This document shows positions 48,617 through 57,774 of a DNA stretch of 64,000 nucleotides, in pieces. The notes under the pieces are model-generated. The model did not search any database. It was not told the origin of the DNA and was given only the letters and a program-made list of their open reading frames with translations. Made by a program: the position numbers and the translations under genes. Origin of the DNA: Limnochordia bacterium. GTDB taxonomy: Bacteria; Bacillota; Limnochordia; DTU080; RSA5. The DNA lies in assembly GCA_041686855.1 (NCBI GenBank), contig JAWLDA010000005.1, positions 203,222 through 267,221 of the forward strand. Reading direction: 5' to 3'. Position 1 is the first letter of the stretch. Every line of letters starts with the position of its first letter.

Positions 48617-49322
48617 GGCTGCGCCGCTCCTGGCGGCTCGCGGTCTAAGCGTCCCCATCGGACGTCGCAGGCTCGTGCAGCCGACGGACCTTGCGTTGCG
48701 CGAGGGAGAATGGTGCGCCCTCATCGGTCCCAACGGAGCGGGCAAGAGCACGTTGGTGCGTGCGCTGGCGACGCTGATGCCCAGTGAAGGGCCGATCTCC
48801 TTTGCCGGCGAGGACGTTCGTCGGGATTCGCGGCGCTATCGGCGTCATTTGGGGGTCGTCTTGCACGAGCCGATGCTCTACAGGGAGTTGACGGCCCTCG
48901 AAAACCTGGAACTCTTCGCCAAGCTCTACCAGGTGACCGATCGGCGTCAAGAGATGTGGCGGCGTTTGGAACAGGTGGGTCTGGTGGAGCACGCGGTCGA
49001 GCCGGTCCGCCGCTTCTCTCGAGGGATGCTCCAGCGGCTTAGTGTGGCGCGGGCGTTGTTGCATCGGCCGCGCATCCTACTGCTGGACGAACCGCTTGAA
49101 GGGATCGACGCCACGGGGGCCGAGGAGTTGAAGGCCCTCTTTCTGCATGTGAAAGAGGAGGGCGTCGCGGCTATCTGGGTCACCCACAATTGGCGGCGGG
49201 CCTGGTCGGTGGTAGATGAGGTGTGGGAGATGCAGCGCGGCCTCATTCACAACCGCATACGGACAGAGCGGGTGAGCCCACAGACGTGGCGACCCCGGCA
49301 CTCGAGCGGGCTGGGTTACTGA
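48609..49322 (+). CDS. ccmA: Heme exporter ATPase CcmA
   Basis: Walker A GPNGAGKST, signature and Walker B LLLDEP. The GTG start overlaps the ccmE stop. Confidence 0.7.
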   Translation: MSEAAPLLAARGLSVPIGRRRLVQPTDLALREGEWCALIGPNGAGKSTLVRALATLMPSEGPISFAGEDVRRDSRRYRRHLGVVLHEPMLYRELTALENLELFAKLYQVTDRRQEMWRRLEQVGLVEHAVEPVRRFSRGMLQRLSVARALLHRPRILLLDEPLEGIDATGAEELKALFLHVKEEGVAAIWVTHNWRRAWSVVDEVWEMQRGLIHNRIRTERVSPQTWRPRHSSGLGY

Positions 49323-50002
49323 TGGGGGCGTACTGGAGTGTCGTCCTGGCCGTCGTCTGGCGGGACGCGCTGGTTGAGCGGCGGAACCTGCAGAGCTTGG
49401 TGGCGATGATCACGTTTGCTCTGTTGGTGGTGGTCCTCTTTCATTTCGCCTTTAACATTCAAGGAGGCGAGGAGGCGCGGTTCTTTCCGGGGGCCATCTG
49501 GGTCGCGCTCTTTTTCGGCGGCACCGTGGGGATGGCGCGCACGCTTCACATGGAGGAGGTAGACGGGCGGGGTCGAGCGTTGACGTTGGCGCCCGTCGAT
49601 CGAAGCGCCGTCTTCGTCGGAAAGTTTCTTTCGAATTTATTGCTTCTCGGAGTCACTCAGCTTGTAGCCGTTCCCCTCTTTGTGGCGGCGTTCCGCCTGC
49701 CAGGCATTGCCGCGCCGGGTCTCTTTGTCGGGGGATTGGCCTTAGGTACGTGGGGGTTTGCCGCCTTAGGGACGCTGCTCACAAACGCGGCGGGTGGGAG
49801 CCAGGGGCTCGGACTGATACTGCCTCTGCTACTCTTTCCTCTACTTGTGCCTGTTGCACTGGGTGGGGTGGCGTTGGTGGCAGCGGGCGTGAGCGGTGAG
49901 ACGGGGCCGGCAATAGTCTCGTGGATGCAGCTGTTGCTCGTCTTTGACCTCCTGTTCACCGTCTTGCCGGCGCTCTTTTACGAGTACATTGTGGAGGTGT
50001 AA
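49322..50002 (+). CDS. ccmB: Heme exporter membrane protein CcmB
   Basis: Six-TM protein of about 227 aa. The ATG overlaps the ccmA stop (TGATG). Confidence 0.65.
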   Translation: MGAYWSVVLAVVWRDALVERRNLQSLVAMITFALLVVVLFHFAFNIQGGEEARFFPGAIWVALFFGGTVGMARTLHMEEVDGRGRALTLAPVDRSAVFVGKFLSNLLLLGVTQLVAVPLFVAAFRLPGIAAPGLFVGGLALGTWGFAALGTLLTNAAGGSQGLGLILPLLLFPLLVPVALGGVALVAAGVSGETGPAIVSWMQLLLVFDLLFTVLPALFYEYIVEV

Positions 50003-50725
50003 GTGACGTTGCGAGTGCTGGATAAGTTGTTGAATCTCGTTATAAACGCCCGTACTCTCACCGGTGTGTTGTCGATGATCCTCGTGCCGATCTCGTTGTA
50101 CATGGTCTTTGTCTACGCCCCTCGGGAGGCGTCGATGGGCGACGTACAGCGGATCTTTTATTACCACGTCGGCACGGCCTGGAATGCGTTTCTCTTTTTT
50201 GGCCTGGTTGCAGCGAGTAGCCTTATCTACTTGGTCACCCGCAAGGAACGGTGGAATACGGCGGCACGCACCGCTGCAGAGTTGGGGGTCCTGTTTACCA
50301 CGCTGACCCTCGCAGCCGGCAGCCTGTGGGCCCGGCCCATTTGGAACGTGTGGTGGACGTGGGATCCCCGGCTTACGACCACGTTGATCCTCTGGTTTAT
50401 CTACATTGGGTATTTGTTGATTCAAGCCGGGGCGACGGAGAGCGTCGGTCAGCGTCGCTTTGGAGCGCTCGTCGGAGTGGTCGGATTCGTCGACATCCCG
50501 CTGATCCACTTCTCGGCGCGCCTCTGGCGCAGCATCCATCCTACGGTGATCCAACCCAACTCTCCCGGGATGCCGCCGGAGATGTTGATCACGATGTTTG
50601 TGTCGCTCCTCGCGTTGATGTCGGTCGGCTTCTTTCTGTGGGGTCAGCGGCTGATGATTGAGGAGCTTAAGGAGCAGGCGGAAGTGCTGAGGGACGAGTT
50701 GGCGCCTGCCAGCGTCCGGTCGTAG
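50003..50725 (+). CDS. ccmC: Heme exporter protein CcmC
   Basis: Tryptophan-rich WWD motif NVWWTWDPRL. GTG start immediately after the ccmB stop. Confidence 0.8.
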   Translation: MTLRVLDKLLNLVINARTLTGVLSMILVPISLYMVFVYAPREASMGDVQRIFYYHVGTAWNAFLFFGLVAASSLIYLVTRKERWNTAARTAAELGVLFTTLTLAAGSLWARPIWNVWWTWDPRLTTTLILWFIYIGYLLIQAGATESVGQRRFGALVGVVGFVDIPLIHFSARLWRSIHPTVIQPNSPGMPPEMLITMFVSLLALMSVGFFLWGQRLMIEELKEQAEVLRDELAPASVRS

Positions 50726-50831
50726 TGCGGCGTCGGTGCGTCCGAGAGAGTCGACCTCTCTTGGGGAACGTAAGGCGTTCGCGCACCTGTGATTCGACGT
50801 GAATTTTGGTCTGGGAACGGAGGGACATACC

Positions 50832-50978
50832 ATGTCGTATCTCTTTATCGCTTACTCGGTGGTTTGGTTGGGTGTTTTGTGGTACGTGTTTGTGTTGAAT
50901 AAGGAGAGCCGCCGCCTACGTGAGCGGATCGAATCGCTCGAAGCGTTGAAACGCAGACAGGAAGGGAGCGCTCATTGA
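50832..50978 (+). CDS. ccmD: Heme exporter protein CcmD (48 aa; below the 60-aa cutoff of the ORF track)
   Basis: MSYLFIAYSVVWLGVLWYVFVLNKESRRLRERIESLEALKRRQEGSAH: a single TM helix followed by a basic tail, positioned between ccmC and the ccmG-like gene. Confidence 0.5.
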   Translation: MSYLFIAYSVVWLGVLWYVFVLNKESRRLRERIESLEALKRRQEGSAH

Positions 50979-50980
50979 CG

Positions 50981-51535
50981 ATGAGACGGGGTGCAAAGAC
51001 GGGTCGTTCATACTTGAGCTTTGTGCCACTCGCCATCCTCGCGTTCTTTCTGGTACTCGCCTTTATGTATCAAGGGGGCATCGAAGCTCGCGCGACTGTC
51101 GGCGAGGTCGCGCCCGACTTCAAACTTCTCGGTTTGAATGGTGAAGAGGCGAGCCTTTCGGACTTTCGCGGTCGCCCCGTCGTGGTCAATTTTTGGACAA
51201 CGTGGTGTACCGAGTGCCGGACTGAGGTGCCTGAGCTGGAGCGACTCCATCAGCGCCGCGGCGATTCGGTGGTGGTCCTCGGTGTGAACATGAGAGAGCC
51301 GGAAAGCGTGATACGTCCGTTCCTTGACGAGCTCGGCGCGACCTACCCGGTCCTCCTCGACCGAGACAAAAAAGTAGCCAAAGCGTACCGCGTCACCGGC
51401 GTTCCGGAGACCTGGATCGTCTCGGCCGAAGGCGTGGCGTTGCACCGGTTTATTGGACCGGTGAGCGCGGCGCAACTGGAGCAGGCGCTCAACGTCACCT
51501 CCGGCGAGGCGACGACCGGGAAGGGAGGGGCCTAA
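50981..51535 (+). CDS. Thioredoxin-like CcmG/ResA-family thiol:disulfide oxidoreductase
   Basis: WTTWCTEC active site with an N-terminal TM anchor. Confidence 0.75.
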   Translation: MRRGAKTGRSYLSFVPLAILAFFLVLAFMYQGGIEARATVGEVAPDFKLLGLNGEEASLSDFRGRPVVVNFWTTWCTECRTEVPELERLHQRRGDSVVVLGVNMREPESVIRPFLDELGATYPVLLDRDKKVAKAYRVTGVPETWIVSAEGVALHRFIGPVSAAQLEQALNVTSGEATTGKGGA

Positions 51536-51540
51536 GGCTT

Positions 51541-52449
51541 ATGCGATTAAAGTCGATCGTCTTGTGGGGCGGCATCCTAGCCGCACTGGGGCTCTTTCTC
51601 TTCGTTGCCTTTCAATCGACTGTCACCCGCGGGATCGATGTAGGCGAGCCCGTGGATGGGTTGCGCCTCACTACGCTGTCGGGCGACGTGGTCGACCCCG
51701 GCGCCTGGCGCGGCAAAGGTGTCGTCTTGCGCTTCTCTTCGTCGAGCTGCACGACCTGTCCGCAGGACGGCCCACTCCTCGAAAGGTGGCAGCAAGACTT
51801 GGGTGACCAGATCCTGGTGCTCGCTGTCCAGGTGGGCGACACGGCGACGACGGCGCGGGCTGCATTGATGGGGGCCAACTCCGGCGTGCCGGTTCTCCTC
51901 GACACCGACGGTGCAGCGGCTCGACAACTGGGACTCAAACAGGTGCCGGCGGTCTACTTTATCACTGCACGGGGAACGCTCAGCTCCGTCTCCAATGTAG
52001 AGGTGGCGCGCACTGATATGGCCGGGCACGCCCGTCTCATGCTGGCCGGCGGTCCGACGATCGAGTCTGAGGTGCGAAGCGTCTCACAGCAGTTGCAGTG
52101 CCAGGAGTGTCAGGGTCGTTCAGCGTGGGAGTCGGACTCGCGCTCTTCGTTCGACATGAGGGAGCAAGTGCGTAACCGCCTGCTGGAGGGTGAACGGCCT
52201 GCGGAGATCTTGCAGGCGATCGCCGACGAGTATGGCGAGTGGATCTTGATGTCGCCTCCTGTTAGCGGTGTAGCGTCGCTGGCTTGGTTGTTGCCGATCG
52301 GGGCGACGCTCGTGGGTGGCGGCGCGTGGGCTCTGATGCTCAGGCGGGCCCGCAGGCGACTCCCAAAGGCGGAGGCGAAGGATGATGACACCGCGGCACT
52401 GGAGGAGAAACGGGCGCGCCTGAAGCGCCGAATCGACGAGTACATGTAG
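51541..52449 (+). CDS. Fusion of a thioredoxin-like (CcmG-type) domain and a CcmH/NrfF-like domain
   Basis: CxxC (SSCTTC) in the N-terminal half. The C-terminal half carries the CcmH motif LQCQECQGRS, a YGEWIL segment, a TM helix and a basic/acidic tail. Confidence 0.6.
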   Translation: MRLKSIVLWGGILAALGLFLFVAFQSTVTRGIDVGEPVDGLRLTTLSGDVVDPGAWRGKGVVLRFSSSSCTTCPQDGPLLERWQQDLGDQILVLAVQVGDTATTARAALMGANSGVPVLLDTDGAAARQLGLKQVPAVYFITARGTLSSVSNVEVARTDMAGHARLMLAGGPTIESEVRSVSQQLQCQECQGRSAWESDSRSSFDMREQVRNRLLEGERPAEILQAIADEYGEWILMSPPVSGVASLAWLLPIGATLVGGGAWALMLRRARRRLPKAEAKDDDTAALEEKRARLKRRIDEYM

Positions 52450-52455
52450 AGGCGG

Positions 52456-55400
52456 TTGCCAATGGAAACGCTTGCGCTCGTGGGCCGCAGCGCCCTCGTG
52501 CTTGCCTTTTTAACGTTTGTCGGCGCAGGGCTCTTGCGCCTGTTGCATCGGGAGGGTCTGGACGTCTCGGCGCCTGCCAACCGGTGGGCGCACCGTCTCC
52601 TGTGGGCTGGATGGGGGCTCACCTCGGCGGCGCTGTTCCTGTTGGTCGGACTCTTTGTGGCCGATGCGTTCGCCTTCACGTACGTGTCCGGGCGCTCAAA
52701 CCGTGAGATGGCCACCGTCTACAAGGTGACAGCGCTGTGGGCCGGACAAGAGGGATCGCTCCTCCTCTGGCTGTGGATTCAGTCCAGCTACGCTCTCTTG
52801 GTGAGTCACAAGGCGATGTGGAGCAGGCGGCTTGACGTGGGGGCCGCCGGAGTGCTCGCCCTGATCGCATCGTTCTTTGCCCTCTTGGTCGCCTTTGTGG
52901 CGAGCCCATTCCTGCTCAACGCGACTCCCCCGGCCGACGGCGCCGGCATGAATCCTATCCTGCAGAGTTACTGGATGACGGCCCATCCGGTGATGTTATA
53001 CCTCGGCTACGTCGGCCTCTCGGTTCCCTTTGCCTATGGGGCAAGCTCGTTGATCAACCGCAGCGACGCATGGATTCGGGCGACGCGGCGCTGGTCGTTG
53101 GTGGCGTGGACATTTCTAAGCATCGGCATCCTCTTCGGCGCCCGCTGGGCGTACGAGGAGCTCGGCTGGGGCGGCTACTGGGGCTGGGATCCGGTTGAGA
53201 ATGCGTCGTTTATGCCCTGGTTGGTGGCGACGGCCTTCGTTCACTCGGGCCTCATTCAAGAGAAGCGTGGGATGCTGAAGCGATGGAACCACGTGCTCAT
53301 CTTTGCCACTTACCTCTTGACGATTTTTGGCACCTTTATCACACGCAGTGGCATCCTCTCGAGCGTCCACGCGTTCGTGGAGTCGGACATCAGTCCATGG
53401 TTCATTGGCTTTGTCGGTCTCCTCGTCGCCGGGTACCTCTACGGTTTGACGCAGCGATGGGAGTCGCTGAAGGATGAGCGGCGGGTGGATTCGCCGCTCT
53501 CCAAAGAGTCGTCGTTCCTCGCCAACAACGTTGTCCTCTTGGCGAGCGCCTTCGCCATCTTTTGGGGAACCGTCTTCCCGCTGATCGCCTCTGCGCTGGG
53601 GCGGCAGGTGACGGTGGGCGCGCCGTACTTCGACAAGGTGACGGCGCCGCTCTTTTGGTTGTTGATTGTGTTGATGGGCATCGGGCCGCTCATCGCGTGG
53701 CGCCGGGCCTCGCCCCAGAGCTTGCGGCGGCACTTCACCGCCCCAGTCATCAACGCGCTCTTTATGCTGGTGTGGCTCTTAGTCGTCGGGCTGCGCGAGA
53801 GTGTGACGCTCTTTACGCTCCCCGCCGTCGTCTTTGTCTTTACGACGATCCTCATGGAGTTCGCCCGCGGCGTCGGGGTCCGCATGCGCTCGCGGGGAGA
53901 GCCCTTTTGGTTGGCGTTGCCGCGCATGATGAACCGCAGTCCAGGCCGGTACGGCGGGTACGTCGTTCACCTGGGAATTCTCCTGTTGGTCGTGGGAATC
54001 TCGGCGACCGGTGTCTACCAGCAAGAGCAAAACGCTGTGCTGGGCGTCGGTGAGGAGGCGCGCGTCGGTGGTTACACGCTCTCGCTGTACGATGTGCGCC
54101 ACACACAGCACGGTGCCGTCCCGGCCGTCGAGGCGGATTTGTTGGTCCGGGACCCTGGAGGGGAGATACTTGGATTCTTGCGCCCGAGTAAGCGGTTTTA
54201 CCCGGGGAGCGAGACGATGGGCCCCACGACAGAGGTGGCGGTCTACGGGACCTTGCGGGGGGACGTGTACGCGGTCCTGGCCGGCTGGGAACCGTACGGC
54301 AGCCTCGTCGGCTTTAAGCTTTACTTCACGCCGTTGGTGTGGCTGATTTGGACCGGGGGAGGCCTCCTGGTCTTTGGCGGGCTCTTCGCCTTTTGGCCGC
54401 GCACCAAGCGGGTCCTCTCGGAATCCGAGCACGCGTTGGCATCGATGGCGGAGCTTGAGTACGACTTTCGGATGGGGAAGGTGAACGAGAGCGAGTACCG
54501 TGCGCTCTTTGTCGAGTTGTCGGGGAAAGCTGAGTCGTACTTGGCGCGAGAGGCTGAAGCGATTCGGCGCGTTGAAGCCGAGTTGGCGGGCGCCTCTGAG
54601 GACGCGAAGGAGCAAGACTCGTCTGGATCTCAAGGCGGCGACCGCTCGGACGGTCGAGGCAATGGCGCCAAGCTGTTGAGCGTTGCGCTCCTCGCGGGTA
54701 TGCTCAGCCTGAGCCTTCCCGCGTGTGTATCGGCCCAGGCGCCGGCGGTGCCACCGGTCGAAGGCGGAATGCCGAGCGGCATGGGACCAGGCGTCGCGGT
54801 GACGAGCGACGTCCTCGTCGTCAGCGCCATTGGGCCTCGACTCTCAGTCCTCAACTTTGTGAACCTCACTAACGTTGGTGAAGAGGCGGTCGGTGAGATT
54901 CACGTACCGATTCCCAAAGGGGCGATCCTGCAGGAGCGGCAGCCCGAGCGACTCGCCCCTGCCGAGGACGGAACACTCGTTGACCCTGAAGCGCTCCTCC
55001 CCGACGAGGATCGACGCTACACTCTGCGCTACGAGATACCGGTGATGCGGTGGCCGTACCCCTTTTTGAGAGAGATCGAGTACCCGACTCGGGAGTTGAC
55101 GCTCCTCGGCGACACACAGAACCTGAACGTGAGTGGCGTCGACGTCGTCCAGGCGGGGCAGGAGAGCGTGGCTGGAGCCGTCTTTACGACCTTCCGAAGC
55201 GAGTGGATTGCGCCGGGGACGACGTGGCAGGCTGTCTTTAAGCCGACGGCGGCCCTCGGCCCCCTCCCAGGTTGGGACGAGCGTATCGATCGACTCGACG
55301 TGATCGCCGAAGCGGATCGCTTCCCTGGTGACTGGTTGTTTCAGCAGCTTGTAGGGTTGCCCGGATGGCTGCAGGGCGCCGTGTTGATCCTCGTAGGCGC

Positions 55401-55692
55401 AGGGAGTGTCGCTGTTCTCCTGCGGCGACGGGCGGCTCACGGCTCCGGCGAGACCGATGCTGCGCCCACCGCGGGCATCGGTCCGACGCGTGCGGAGGGC
55501 ACGCCTGCGGGGACCTCAGCCGGATCGGACCCCTCGGGGGATTCCGGTGAGACAGAACGAGATGCGTTGTTGCGCGCGGTCGCCCGACTCGACATCGCCT
55601 ACAGTGAAGGGGCGTTGCCTGAGCGTGGATACCGGCGCCGGCGGCTGGCGCTCATCGAACGTTTAAAGAAGGAGATGCCGCGTGGCACCTAA
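52456..55692 (+). CDS. ccmF: CcmF (cytochrome c heme lyase subunit) fused to a C-terminal extension of about 430 aa
   Basis: The CcmF core spans about residues 1-650 with a WGGYWGWDPVEN WWD-type motif and conserved His residues. One uninterrupted ORF then continues through a charged linker, a signal-peptide-like segment, a domain of about 280 aa, a further TM helix and a basic tail. Confidence 0.75.
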   Translation: MPMETLALVGRSALVLAFLTFVGAGLLRLLHREGLDVSAPANRWAHRLLWAGWGLTSAALFLLVGLFVADAFAFTYVSGRSNREMATVYKVTALWAGQEGSLLLWLWIQSSYALLVSHKAMWSRRLDVGAAGVLALIASFFALLVAFVASPFLLNATPPADGAGMNPILQSYWMTAHPVMLYLGYVGLSVPFAYGASSLINRSDAWIRATRRWSLVAWTFLSIGILFGARWAYEELGWGGYWGWDPVENASFMPWLVATAFVHSGLIQEKRGMLKRWNHVLIFATYLLTIFGTFITRSGILSSVHAFVESDISPWFIGFVGLLVAGYLYGLTQRWESLKDERRVDSPLSKESSFLANNVVLLASAFAIFWGTVFPLIASALGRQVTVGAPYFDKVTAPLFWLLIVLMGIGPLIAWRRASPQSLRRHFTAPVINALFMLVWLLVVGLRESVTLFTLPAVVFVFTTILMEFARGVGVRMRSRGEPFWLALPRMMNRSPGRYGGYVVHLGILLLVVGISATGVYQQEQNAVLGVGEEARVGGYTLSLYDVRHTQHGAVPAVEADLLVRDPGGEILGFLRPSKRFYPGSETMGPTTEVAVYGTLRGDVYAVLAGWEPYGSLVGFKLYFTPLVWLIWTGGGLLVFGGLFAFWPRTKRVLSESEHALASMAELEYDFRMGKVNESEYRALFVELSGKAESYLAREAEAIRRVEAELAGASEDAKEQDSSGSQGGDRSDGRGNGAKLLSVALLAGMLSLSLPACVSAQAPAVPPVEGGMPSGMGPGVAVTSDVLVVSAIGPRLSVLNFVNLTNVGEEAVGEIHVPIPKGAILQERQPERLAPAEDGTLVDPEALLPDEDRRYTLRYEIPVMRWPYPFLREIEYPTRELTLLGDTQNLNVSGVDVVQAGQESVAGAVFTTFRSEWIAPGTTWQAVFKPTAALGPLPGWDERIDRLDVIAEADRFPGDWLFQQLVGLPGWLQGAVLILVGAGSVAVLLRRRAAHGSGETDAAPTAGIGPTRAEGTPAGTSAGSDPSGDSGETERDALLRAVARLDIAYSEGALPERGYRRRRLALIERLKKEMPRGT

Positions 55693-56380
55693 GGTGCTGG
55701 TTGTGGACGACGAGGAACGGATGCGCTCCCTTCTCAAGCTGCACCTGAGACAGTGCTTTGAGGTGGTCACGGCCTCCTCAGGGGAGGAGGCGCTGGAGCG
55801 CGTCCGGTCGGAGCGGTTTGACGCCGTCGTTCTCGATATACTGATGCCCGGCCTCGACGGGCGGGAAGTATGCCGCCGCATTCGGAGCATGAGCGCCGTG
55901 CCGCTCCTCATGCTCACGGCGCTGGCCGACGTCGAAGAGAAGCTCGAAGCGTTTGACCGGGGCGCGGACGACTACCTAACGAAGCCGTTCGATCCCCGGG
56001 AGCTCGTCGCTCGAGTCGAGGCGCTCATTCGCCGGTCCCAAGCGAGCTCAGATCCGGCGCCGGCCGGGACGCCGCCAACCCTCGAGTACGGTCCGCTCCG
56101 CCTCGATCAGGCGGCCCGTGTGGTGCAGGTGGAGGGGCGCGAGCTGGCGCTCACTCCCAAGGAGTACGAACTCCTCCTCTTTTTGACGCAAGCCCCGGGA
56201 CGCCCATTCTCGCGGGAAGAGCTCCTCCAGGAGGTGTGGCGCGACGCTGCCTTTGCGCAGACTCGTACCGTGGACAGCCACATCAAGACACTGCGCGAAA
56301 AGCTCGGTCGAGACGGTGTGGGCGCCACCCTTGTCACCGTGTGGGGGGTAGGGTACAAATTCGATCCCCAGGGCCTTTAA
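55682..56380 (+). CDS. OmpR/PhoB-family response regulator (ResD-like)
   Basis: Receiver domain (VLVVDDEE...D...K) and a winged-helix output domain. The GTG start overlaps the ccmF stop. Confidence 0.85.
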   Translation: MAPKVLVVDDEERMRSLLKLHLRQCFEVVTASSGEEALERVRSERFDAVVLDILMPGLDGREVCRRIRSMSAVPLLMLTALADVEEKLEAFDRGADDYLTKPFDPRELVARVEALIRRSQASSDPAPAGTPPTLEYGPLRLDQAARVVQVEGRELALTPKEYELLLFLTQAPGRPFSREELLQEVWRDAAFAQTRTVDSHIKTLREKLGRDGVGATLVTVWGVGYKFDPQGL

Positions 56381-56412
56381 GACTCGGAATCACCGACAAA
56401 CTCTGGCTCTCC

Positions 56413-57774
56413 ATGCTCGCCATGGTCGCCGTCATCCTCATTCCCGTCGGCGTCGCCATCGACCGTGGCGTCACCCAGTTTTACTACCAACAAAATACGC
56501 GGGAGATGCTCGCCTTTGGGCAGCGTCTCGCCGATTTTATCGAACGGGCCCCCGCACCCGGCGCCGCTGAAGCCGTTCGATCCATCGCACAACTCGCCGG
56601 GACGCCTATCATGCTTATCGACACCGACGCCCGCGTGAGCGCGGGCTCGGGGCAGCTGGCGGCCGAGGTGGGGCGGAGGGTCCAGTCCGAGCAGGCGCAA
56701 AACGCGCTAAAAGGCGACGCCTCGGTCGTCTTGGCTGTGGATGAGACGCTGCCTGGAAGCCTCTTTGTAGCGGCGGTTCCGGTAGGGCGGGGCGATCGTG
56801 CGATCGGCGCCGTCCTCCTCTTTCGTTCCGCCGATGAAGTGAGTGCGACCCTCACCCGAATGCGAGCGCTCCTGGGGTTTGGCGGCGGCTCCTTTTTGCT
56901 GCTCGTTTGGGTGGTGGGCTGGCTCCTCTCGCGCAGAATCGTTCGACCCATCCTCCAAATGAAGGAGACCGCCGATCGCATGGCGAGCGGCGACTACTCG
57001 ACACGGGTCTCGGGGAGCGGTAACGACGAGTTGACGGAGTTGGCGAACGCCATCAATCGGCTGGGTGAATCGTTGCATTCGCTTGCAGCGGGGCGACGCG
57101 CTTTCTTTGCTAACGTCTCGCACGAGCTGAGGACGCCGCTCAGCTACGTCCGTGGCTACTCCGACGCCCTTGCCCACGGCCTCTTTGAGAGTGAGGAGGA
57201 GGTGCGCGAGACGGGGCGCATCCTCTCGGAGGAGTCCAAACGCCTCAGTCGCCTCGTCGACGATCTCTTCGACCTCGCCCAGGCGGAGGAGGGACGGCTT
57301 CGTCTCGAAGTGGAGCGGTTGAATGCGAGTGATGCAATCGAAGAGATCGTGGTACGCATGCAGAGCGTGGCGGAGCAAAAAGGAATCCGCCTGCAGGCTG
57401 AGGCCTCTGAGGCGCTGTGGCTCGAGGCTGATCCGCTCCGGTTTGAACAGATCATGGTGAACTTCCTGGACAACGCGCTGCGGCACACGCCCGAAGGCGG
57501 GCGGGTGCAGGTGAGCGGGCTGCGAGAGCCGGGCGGTCGAGTCACTGTAACTGTCGAAGACAGCGGTCCGGGCTTGGGCGCCGAACCGCATCGGGTGTGG
57601 GAGCGTTTTTACCGTGGGGATGAGTCGCGCAATCGCAACCTAGGCGGGAGCGGTCTGGGCCTCGCCATCGTCAAGAGCCTCGTCGAGTTGCACGGCGGCG
57701 ACGTGTTTGCGGACAACCGAAGCACGTATGGCGGCGCACGCTTCGGCTTTGTGCTGCCGTCGATCGATGGCTAG
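56413..57774 (+). CDS. Sensor histidine kinase (ResE-like)
   Basis: Two TM helices, a HAMP domain, the H-box HELRTPLSYVRGY, and N/G1/G2 boxes (GSGLGLAIV). The ORF is open from 56236 and overlaps the regulator gene. ATG at 56413 is the first start downstream of the regulator stop. Confidence 0.8.
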   Translation: MLAMVAVILIPVGVAIDRGVTQFYYQQNTREMLAFGQRLADFIERAPAPGAAEAVRSIAQLAGTPIMLIDTDARVSAGSGQLAAEVGRRVQSEQAQNALKGDASVVLAVDETLPGSLFVAAVPVGRGDRAIGAVLLFRSADEVSATLTRMRALLGFGGGSFLLLVWVVGWLLSRRIVRPILQMKETADRMASGDYSTRVSGSGNDELTELANAINRLGESLHSLAAGRRAFFANVSHELRTPLSYVRGYSDALAHGLFESEEEVRETGRILSEESKRLSRLVDDLFDLAQAEEGRLRLEVERLNASDAIEEIVVRMQSVAEQKGIRLQAEASEALWLEADPLRFEQIMVNFLDNALRHTPEGGRVQVSGLREPGGRVTVTVEDSGPGLGAEPHRVWERFYRGDESRNRNLGGSGLGLAIVKSLVELHGGDVFADNRSTYGGARFGFVLPSIDG

